This document shows positions 57,629-64,000 of a stretch of DNA of 64,000 bases, one piece after another. Positions within the stretch are counted from its first letter, which is position 1; every line of letters starts with the position of its first letter. The notes under the pieces were generated by a model, which had not been told where the DNA came from, did no database searches, and was given only the letters and a program-made list of their open reading frames with translations. Source of the stretch: an uncultured Gammaproteobacteria bacterium (GTDB lineage Bacteria; Patescibacteriota; Microgenomatia; Daviesbacterales; UBA10151); contig CAYQAW010000001.1 in assembly GCA_964415615.1 (NCBI GenBank), positions 40,593-104,592 on the forward strand. The letters are read 5' to 3'. The position numbers and the translations under genes are program-made.

Positions 57629-58266
57629 ATCATCTTACCCAAAACTACTAATCTCTTAAGATTTAAACCAGGTGGCACACAAGTCATCAAAGAAATATAT
57701 CTTCCCTGATCTTCTGGTGATTGCAATACTGATAAATCTGAAGGATCAACTATTTTAAATCCAACAACTTCATAAATAAATTTTGTTCCAGGAGTTTCGA
57801 TAATTATTTGATCTCCTTTTTTTAAATCAGGTAATTTAGAAAAAGGCACACTCTTTACTGCAAGAAATTGGCTTAAAGCAGAATGACCGGAAATAAATAA
57901 ATTACCCTTTTCTCCTGGCAAAGCAGAACCAGGAAGTTGGGCTAAGCCTTTTGATAAATCGTTAGTATCCACAAAGACATCTGTTTTATTTATTTTAAGA
58001 GCTGGAATAGACAAGTTAAACCTATCATAATTAGGCTGAGTTTCGCGTTTAAGAGAAGAAATAAATGCAGAAAAACTATCTTTATTTTGAACTGAAATCC
58101 CTAAAACTTCTTTCGTTGATTTTATAGGACTGATTAAAATCTGGTTCTGATATTGTTGTCCTAGCTGCCAAATTTGGAATGATATTACTGGTAAAATTAC
58201 CTGCATCAGAATAAAAACCCCAATCGCTAAAAATCCTACAGAGATAAATTTTGAGATGGCTATCAT
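57625..58266 (-). CDS. sortase family transpeptidase
   Basis: N-terminal TM, an active-site-like His (ISGHSALSQF) and the TLxTC catalytic Cys motif (ISLMTCVPPG). Confidence 0.7.
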   Translation of the reverse strand: MIAISKFISVGFLAIGVFILMQVILPVISFQIWQLGQQYQNQILISPIKSTKEVLGISVQNKDSFSAFISSLKRETQPNYDRFNLSIPALKINKTDVFVDTNDLSKGLAQLPGSALPGEKGNLFISGHSALSQFLAVKSVPFSKLPDLKKGDQIIIETPGTKFIYEVVGFKIVDPSDLSVLQSPEDQGRYISLMTCVPPGLNLKRLVVLGKMI

Positions 58267-60431
58267 TTCAATCCTACCTCAATTTTGATGTTTTTTATCA
58301 AAAGAGGCAGACGCGATAAAGGTTTTGGCAAATTTGGAGTCAAACTGATTTCAGAACTTAAAATATTATCCATACCTTTTAATATGTCCGTAACCTGATC
58401 CGGAGTCTTAAATTTAATTTGATTTTTAATCTTATCTGTATCAATCTTAGGTATAAACTTTGCTTTGAATTTTGCTAAAAATATTAATTTCCCATCCTTC
58501 TCTAGTTTAGAAATATCTGCTTGTGTCTCAGTTGCTGAAAGGTCAAGCGTAAAACCATCAGGTACTTGCAAATTAACTAGCTTTGAAACAATAGTTCGCA
58601 GATCAGTGTCATCAAAAGCTGTTCCTTTATAATCTACAGCTAGATTAAGAGAAAACTCACTTGCCTGGTCATTAATATTTTTGCTGTAACTCTTTCTAGT
58701 AATACTCTCTAATAAAGCCTCCTCCAGAATTTTTTTGTTAGGATATTTATCCTGTAATTTTTGCTGTGCTTGTTGTCTTAAGTCAGAAGATAATTTAGCA
58801 AGAAGTTTTTGCTGATCTTCGCTTGATACAACAGTAACATCTTTCGAGGTGCCTCCAGAAAAATTACCCTGGGTCTTACCAACAAACTGATCAGCTGTAA
58901 ATTTACCAATTGTTAATTTAGTCTCAGAGGGAATATTACCGTCAGCTCCAATCGCAACTGCAGTTGCTTGCGCTGTCACTGTACTCTTTGAAGCAGAGTC
59001 TGAAAGTGTTGCTGAAACAGAAGCAGTATTATCTAATTTGAACTTAATACCCCCTGAAGAGATCAATGTTGTCCCTGCTGAAAAATTTTGCCCTTGGGCA
59101 GTATTGTTGATAATTACTACTGTTCCTTTAGCAGGATCACCAATTTGTCTTTTGCCAGAAGCTGTATCTTTTGCCGATCCTGATACTTCTATCTCTACCA
59201 TCTGTCCCGGGATTATCTTATTATTCTCATCCACCGTCTTTTGACCCGGATCTGCCACCACCTGGGCATCTTTTTCTATAATCTTTGGCTCAACAAATAT
59301 TTTGATATCTGCTTTAACCAGTAAAAAATAGGCGATTGCAAATAAAACAACTACACCAAACACAACAATTGGAATTAGTTTTCTAAAACTAAATTTTGGT
59401 TTCAGTTTTTTTTCATTAGCAACTGGTTGCCCCAAATCCCTTTCAAAATCATCAATTTCTAAAGGAGGCTGCTGGAAAGATGCAATGTTTGATTCTTCTG
59501 GTATAACCTCATCTTCAGAAACTTCATCTTTCTCTACATCGCCAACTACAAATCCAAAATTATCTTCTGTTTCTAGCACTTGTTCCTTTGGGGTATCTTT
59601 TTCTACTTCCGTTTCCTCTATGGCTACTTTCTCTATATGTTTTTCTACTTCGTGGTCCGAATATGAAATATTTCCATTTATTTCTGACCCCCCAGCCAAA
59701 CAAATACTTTTAATTTCCAAATCCTGACCTAATTCATCTATTTTAGGAAGATGCAAAAAAGAGAGTTTTGACATCCAGGCAAAGGATGATAGTTGGCTTT
59801 TTAATCCGCCAGTCCCGATTGAATCGGGGCCAGCTGACGGACCATAGATTAAAATCTTAGAAGGCAAAGTCTCAATATCTGTAAAAGTAAGCAAAGCTTT
59901 CTCAATGTCTGTTCCAGAACTTTCGCCTCTTTTGATTACTTTTACCCCGTCCAATTTACCAGCCCTTACTATTGTCACTGTCAAGTGTAGTTTTTGAAAA
60001 CCTACTAATATTGCAGTTGTGGGAATACCATCTTGTTTTTCTAAAAAGTGAATTAATGCATTACTAGTTGACACATAAGCCATCGGAGTAAGCTCTAATT
60101 CTTTAACAAAACTACGCAGTATTTTTAAATATTCATCTTTTAGGCTATCATCGGATAACCAGGAAGCAGGCACCCCAAAAAGAATTTTTTGAGGCTCAAT
60201 CTCTTTTAACCCCAAGACCTGATCAAGTAATTTATCAGACACAGCAATAATCTCATCATTTGATGAGTAGGCCTCGGAAGCTGTACTCAAAATCTTAAGC
60301 TGTCTGCCTTCAACAGTCCACAGAGCTGCTGTTAAACTGTCTGTTCCAATGTTAATGGCAAAAAAATATTCTAACTCTTGCGCCTTTTTTCCAAACGGCA
60401 AAAAGGCAGTCACTTTGTCAAGGAAACTCAT
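58263..60431 (-). CDS. bitopic membrane protein with an N-terminal actin-like ATPase (FtsA/PilM-like) domain, one TM and a large extracytoplasmic C-terminal domain
   Basis: 722 aa. FAINIGTDSLTAALWTVEG (phosphate-1-like) and ICLAGGSE (adenosine-motif-like) are present, then an acidic linker, a TM (LIPIVVFGVVVLFAIAYFLLV) and about 350 aa of Ser/Thr-rich extracytoplasmic sequence. There is a 4-nt overlap with the sortase gene. Confidence 0.45.
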   Translation of the reverse strand: MSFLDKVTAFLPFGKKAQELEYFFAINIGTDSLTAALWTVEGRQLKILSTASEAYSSNDEIIAVSDKLLDQVLGLKEIEPQKILFGVPASWLSDDSLKDEYLKILRSFVKELELTPMAYVSTSNALIHFLEKQDGIPTTAILVGFQKLHLTVTIVRAGKLDGVKVIKRGESSGTDIEKALLTFTDIETLPSKILIYGPSAGPDSIGTGGLKSQLSSFAWMSKLSFLHLPKIDELGQDLEIKSICLAGGSEINGNISYSDHEVEKHIEKVAIEETEVEKDTPKEQVLETEDNFGFVVGDVEKDEVSEDEVIPEESNIASFQQPPLEIDDFERDLGQPVANEKKLKPKFSFRKLIPIVVFGVVVLFAIAYFLLVKADIKIFVEPKIIEKDAQVVADPGQKTVDENNKIIPGQMVEIEVSGSAKDTASGKRQIGDPAKGTVVIINNTAQGQNFSAGTTLISSGGIKFKLDNTASVSATLSDSASKSTVTAQATAVAIGADGNIPSETKLTIGKFTADQFVGKTQGNFSGGTSKDVTVVSSEDQQKLLAKLSSDLRQQAQQKLQDKYPNKKILEEALLESITRKSYSKNINDQASEFSLNLAVDYKGTAFDDTDLRTIVSKLVNLQVPDGFTLDLSATETQADISKLEKDGKLIFLAKFKAKFIPKIDTDKIKNQIKFKTPDQVTDILKGMDNILSSEISLTPNLPKPLSRLPLLIKNIKIEVGLK

Positions 60432-60439
60432 ATGAGTTG

Positions 60440-62116
60440 TTATCGTACTACAATTTCCGCTCTAATTCTACGGATACCAGCAGAAACCGCTTCTTCTTTA
60501 GTAATTGTTATCCTATCAATCACGCCAGTATGCTCAACATGTGGTCCGCCACAAAACTCCAAAGAATAATATCCACCATCTCTTGGTCCTATTCCATAAA
60601 TACTTACCTCAATACCATATTTCTCATTAAACAAACCAATAGCGCCCATTTCTTTTGCTTCTTCTAAGGAGACTATTTTATGCTCAACTGTCAGATCTTC
60701 TTTTATTTTTTTATTAACAATATCTTCCACTTGTTTTATTTCTTCAGGGGTCATTTTTCTATCAAAGGAAAAATCAAATCTAAGTCTTTCAGCGGTGATA
60801 TTGGATCCTTTTTGGAAAACCTGTGGACCTAAAACATCCCTTAAAGCCTGATGCAATAGGTGAGTAGCTGTGTGATATTTGGTTACTATTTCAGAATGAT
60901 CTGCCAGCCCCCCTTTGAACATCCCAGCAGAAGCTGTTCTAGACAACTCCCTGTGTTTCTCAAATTCTAGTCTAAATTGCTCCTTGTTAATCTCTTGTCC
61001 TTTTTGTCTAAATAATTCTTCTGTTACCTCATAAGGAAAACCAAAAGTCTGATACAGGTCAAAAGCCTTTTTCCCATCAATAGCAGCAATTTTCTCAATC
61101 TCCCTAAACCCACGATCTAAAGTTTTACCAAACTTTCGCGTCTCATCTTGAACTTCCTTCACAGCAATAATTGAACCTAAAGCCACATTTTTATTAAGCA
61201 TCCGCAGTTTTACAGCCGATCTTCTTAATAACCTTCTTAAGGTATATCCTTGTAATTTGTTAGAGGGAATAACCCCGTCTGCTATCAAAGCAACCGAAGC
61301 CCTCATATGATCAGCGATGACTTGCATGGGTGCTTTATATTCTTCATAGCCTTTATCGGTCACTTCTTCTATGGTGTGAATAATTTCTGTATATAAATCT
61401 GTTTTAAAAATATCCTGCTGGTTTAATGTTGCAGCTGTTAATCTTTCTAAACCTCCACCAAAATCTACATTTTTTTGAGCCAATTCTTTTAAAGATCCGT
61501 CTTCCTGCTTTTGATATTGAATAAAAACAGAATTACCAATTTCCAATAAATTCCCGTTGTCAAATTTATAGAAGACTTCCGAATCTGGACCGCCAATTTC
61601 ACCAACCGGCATCTTATCTGGAAGGCCTGAACGGGACCACCAATTTTCATTGACCCCATTAAAGAAAATCTGATCCTCTGCTACCCCTAAACTCTTCCAT
61701 ATTTCATAAGATTCAGTGTCCTTTGGTACATCTTCACTGCCTTCAAATACAGATACATATAATTTCTCTTTGGGTAGTCCTAGTTCTTTTGTAAAGAATT
61801 CCCATATCCAGGGTAATTGCTCTTTTTTAAAATAATCTCCCAAAGACCAGTTGCCTAACATTTCAAAAAAAGTAGTATGTCTGCTGTCTCCCACTTCTTC
61901 AATATCTTCTGCCCTAAAAGAAGGTTGAGAATCAACTAATCTCTTACCAGCAGGGTGGGTTTGCCCTAAAAGATAGGGGACTAAAGGCTGCATCCCAGAG
62001 GAAGTAAAAAGGGTAGAAGGATCATTTTCCGGCACCAATTTAGCTGGAGCAATTTCCTTATGTCCGCGACTTACAAAAAACTTAATATATTTTTCTCTAA
62101 TATCTTTAGAAGTCAT
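60440..62116 (-). CDS. alaS: alanine--tRNA ligase, short form (catalytic, tRNA-recognition and editing domains; no C-Ala domain)
   Basis: 558 aa. IREKYIKFFVSRGHKEIAPAKLVPENDPSTLFTSSGMQPL and the editing-domain HTATHLLHQALRDVLG...CGGPHVEHTG are present. Confidence 0.85.
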   Translation of the reverse strand: MTSKDIREKYIKFFVSRGHKEIAPAKLVPENDPSTLFTSSGMQPLVPYLLGQTHPAGKRLVDSQPSFRAEDIEEVGDSRHTTFFEMLGNWSLGDYFKKEQLPWIWEFFTKELGLPKEKLYVSVFEGSEDVPKDTESYEIWKSLGVAEDQIFFNGVNENWWSRSGLPDKMPVGEIGGPDSEVFYKFDNGNLLEIGNSVFIQYQKQEDGSLKELAQKNVDFGGGLERLTAATLNQQDIFKTDLYTEIIHTIEEVTDKGYEEYKAPMQVIADHMRASVALIADGVIPSNKLQGYTLRRLLRRSAVKLRMLNKNVALGSIIAVKEVQDETRKFGKTLDRGFREIEKIAAIDGKKAFDLYQTFGFPYEVTEELFRQKGQEINKEQFRLEFEKHRELSRTASAGMFKGGLADHSEIVTKYHTATHLLHQALRDVLGPQVFQKGSNITAERLRFDFSFDRKMTPEEIKQVEDIVNKKIKEDLTVEHKIVSLEEAKEMGAIGLFNEKYGIEVSIYGIGPRDGGYYSLEFCGGPHVEHTGVIDRITITKEEAVSAGIRRIRAEIVVR

Positions 62117-62147
62117 GAAGCTATTTTAACAGGAAAACTCTAGCTTG

Positions 62148-62876
62148 TCATTGCTCCTTAACACATTTACCCCCAGCATCAGGATAGCTACCATCCATCT
62201 GACATGTATATCCTTTAGGACATTGATTCTCTGGTAAATTAGCAGCTATTCCTCCACAAAACTTCCCTTCAGGACTTTCAACTTGATCTGTAAATTTAAA
62301 GGTGGAGAGAATCTGATCAAACTGTTCAAACTGCCCTGGATAAAGTTGTGGTGCAAAATATACAAAGGTGTAATTATATCTCCCCTTGTCTAGCGGTCCA
62401 ATGGAAAAGAAATTCTTGTCGAAGGTAGTTTTCTTTACTTTTTGATTCAGCATTATTATCGATTCCTCTGTAATATTTTTAAAAGTATAATTTGAGACAA
62501 AATCAGTAGTTTTTAGATCAAGATTTATAGAGTTATCATATGAGTAGATATAAAACAGAGTTGGCTTACTTGTATAATTCTCTGCCCACATATCAATATT
62601 AATTGTTTTCCCATCTTTATTAGTAGTTTTATTTTTATGACTAAAAGTCACCGGATATTTAATTGTAAAGTTATATTTTTGATCAGCATGTGTCTTCCAA
62701 TTAGCAAATTCCGTAGAAACAAAGGATTCAGGATTAGAGCTTGGAGTAGGTATTGATTGAGTTACTTGTTGAGGTGCAGCAACTGGTTTGATTTGCTTTT
62801 GATAAGTTAAATATCCACCAATTCCTAAGGCTATTAATAAAACTATTAATATTGGAGCTAAGCCTTTTTGCTTCAT
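62148..62876 (-). CDS. exported hypothetical protein with a Cys-rich C-terminus
   Basis: 242 aa with a signal/TM (LAPILIVLLIALGIGGYL). The C-terminus reads CGGIAANLPENQCPKGYTCQMDGSYPDAGGKC. It is paralogous to 55478-55801. Confidence 0.5.
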   Translation of the reverse strand: MKQKGLAPILIVLLIALGIGGYLTYQKQIKPVAAPQQVTQSIPTPSSNPESFVSTEFANWKTHADQKYNFTIKYPVTFSHKNKTTNKDGKTINIDMWAENYTSKPTLFYIYSYDNSINLDLKTTDFVSNYTFKNITEESIIMLNQKVKKTTFDKNFFSIGPLDKGRYNYTFVYFAPQLYPGQFEQFDQILSTFKFTDQVESPEGKFCGGIAANLPENQCPKGYTCQMDGSYPDAGGKCVKEQ

Positions 62877-63166
62877 TTAAGAACTTTTTTATAAAACCTC
62901 TTCTGCTTGGGTTTAAGGATATTTCTTAGTACTGCAACTGCCCCTGTGGCAACTTGCACCTCAGCACTGGTTACTAAATTACTGGCTGTTTGGACTGGTC
63001 TTTCAATATCCTGGGCAATATTTTCACCTGTTTGTAAAATAGTATTGAATTTATCTAAACCTTTCTTTAAATCTCTTAATATAAAAAATACTTGAATACC
63101 AGTAATTGCTAGAAAAATTGACAGAAGTAAAATCAGAAAAATTAATGCCACTTGTAAAAAATCCAT
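62873..63166 (-). CDS. small membrane protein (hypothetical)
   Basis: 97 aa with an N-terminal TM and a basic C-terminus. The 4-nt overlaps suggest an operon with rodZ. Confidence 0.45.
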   Translation of the reverse strand: MDFLQVALIFLILLLSIFLAITGIQVFFILRDLKKGLDKFNTILQTGENIAQDIERPVQTASNLVTSAEVQVATGAVAVLRNILKPKQKRFYKKVLK

Positions 63167-63191
63167 AGAATTCAGTTTAACACAAAGAGCA

Positions 63192-63830
63192 TCATTTCTT
63201 CAAAAATACTGTTCTTTCAATCTTGGTCACTTTACCACTTTTGGTAGTTGCAGTAATAACTAAAGTATTCATATTGTCAGAAAGTTTAATCTCCTGGGAA
63301 AACTTACCAGATGGATCTACTCCAATTTCCTGATCATTAATAGCCAACTTTGCCTCAGGATCAGTCCTGCCAACAACCTGAACCGCAACAGAATTAGTAC
63401 TTAGCTGATTACTTGGTTGATCAACTTCCAAAAATGGCCCCCCTACCAAAAAACGGTACTCAAACCAAAGATAAACAAAAAAGATAATAATCAGACCCAA
63501 AACTATGCTTCCCAATACCCTGCCAGGAGTTAGTCTAAATTTTTTATCATCAACTGGATGACTAAAGGTTTCTAAAACTCTGGGTGGATGCGCCCTGTCA
63601 GAAAATTCTCTTCTAAAAATTGCCAAAAGCTTTTCTTGATCTAATTTTAAAAATTTACCATAATTTTTAATAAATCCTTGAATAAAAGTTGGGGGAGGCA
63701 ATTGTTGATATTGCCCAGCTTCTAAGGCTTCCAGTAACTCTTTACGGATTTTAGTAGCTTTTTCAATCTCCTCCAGGGTATAAAACTTTCTTTCTCTTTC
63801 TTCTTTTAATACTTGTCCAACTGTTCTCAT
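63192..63830 (-). CDS. rodZ: RodZ-like cytoskeleton protein (XRE HTH + TM + C-terminal domain)
   Basis: MRTVGQVLKEERERKFYTLEEIEKATKIRKELLEALEAG HTH, followed by a TM (VLGSIVLGLIIIFFVYLWF). Confidence 0.7.
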   Translation of the reverse strand: MRTVGQVLKEERERKFYTLEEIEKATKIRKELLEALEAGQYQQLPPPTFIQGFIKNYGKFLKLDQEKLLAIFRREFSDRAHPPRVLETFSHPVDDKKFRLTPGRVLGSIVLGLIIIFFVYLWFEYRFLVGGPFLEVDQPSNQLSTNSVAVQVVGRTDPEAKLAINDQEIGVDPSGKFSQEIKLSDNMNTLVITATTKSGKVTKIERTVFLKK

Positions 63831-63839
63831 GATTTTGTA

Positions 63840-64000
63840 TTATACTCTGTAAACACCCTCTCTTAATACTATGTGTGTACCATCTTTAAAAAGCTGCACA
63901 ATTGTTGAGGGCCTTGACTTCAATTTCCCTCCATCCACATAAAAATCAATTGTATTACCAAAGTATTTTTTGGCCTGATTGATACTCTCAGCAACTTTTT
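63840..64000 (-). CDS. tsaC: L-threonylcarbamoyladenylate synthase TsaC/Sua5 family, C-terminal fragment (the gene continues beyond the window)
   Basis: Manual translation gives ...KVAESINQAKKYFGNTIDFYVDGGKLKSRPSTIVQLFKDGTHIVLREGVYRV*. This matches the YrdC/Sua5 C-terminal consensus (DGG...PSTIV...R.G). Confidence 0.6.
   Translation of the reverse strand, partial: KVAESINQAKKYFGNTIDFYVDGGKLKSRPSTIVQLFKDGTHIVLREGVYRV

Noticed and set aside
1-64000. CRISPR arrays, IS elements or transposases, integrases, and rRNA genes
   Set aside because: I saw no regularly spaced direct-repeat array, no transposase or integrase-like ORF, and no rRNA-like conserved stretches in this window.

Overview
This window is the core translation and transcription region of a small, low-GC (about 35%) bacterial genome. 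It is gene-dense, mostly on the minus strand, and uses the standard genetic code: UGA is a stop, and rpoB and rpoC are full length.

The backbone runs, in minus-strand order: rpoB-rpoC-rpsL-rpsG ... fusA ... tuf-rpsJ ... rplC-rplD-rplW-rplB-rpsS-rplV-rpsC-rplP-rpmC-rpsQ-rplN-rplX-rplE-rpsZ-rpsH-rplF-rplR-rpsE-rplO-secY-adk-map-infA-rpmJ-rpsM-rpsK-rpsD-rpoA-rplQ-rplM-rpsI. There is no rpmD (L30) between rpsE and rplO, and AlaRS and RNase Y are both shortened. These traits are typical of reduced genomes such as Patescibacteria/CPR, but that lineage assignment is an inference.

Other housekeeping genes present are secD, miaA, hup, rny, recA, recX, metK (with a SAM-I riboswitch), a phosphohexomutase, mltG, ruvX, alaS, rodZ and a partial tsaC. 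RNA genes present are RNase P RNA (rnpB), a tRNA-Pro(GGG) and the riboswitch. A block of four GT-C-fold membrane glycosyltransferases is also present.

The findings of most interest are small accessory insertions that break otherwise near-universal operon junctions:
- A sigma-70 region-4-only protein and a divergently transcribed PUR-alpha-like gene sit between rpsJ and rplC.
- A GreA N-terminal coiled-coil-only protein, a HigA antitoxin with a frameshifted Gp49/HigB-like toxin remnant, and a small ORF sit between rpsG and fusA.
- A PIN/HTH toxin-antitoxin cassette bounded by 34-bp direct repeats with a TACGGCCGTA palindrome, plus two small Cys-rich exported proteins, sit between fusA and tuf.
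- An unknown Cys-containing gene sits between recA and recX.
- A sortase and an actin-like-domain membrane protein sit within the alaS-ruvX-mltG synteny.

The window also contains a 90-110-nt repeat module copied at three ribosomal-protein gene junctions (rplV/rpsC, rpmC/rpsQ, rpsQ/rplN). It supplies lysine-rich C-terminal tails to L22, L29 and S17. Several heptanucleotide tandem repeats occur, two of them inside coding sequences.

I found no CRISPR array, no IS/transposase and no rRNA gene.
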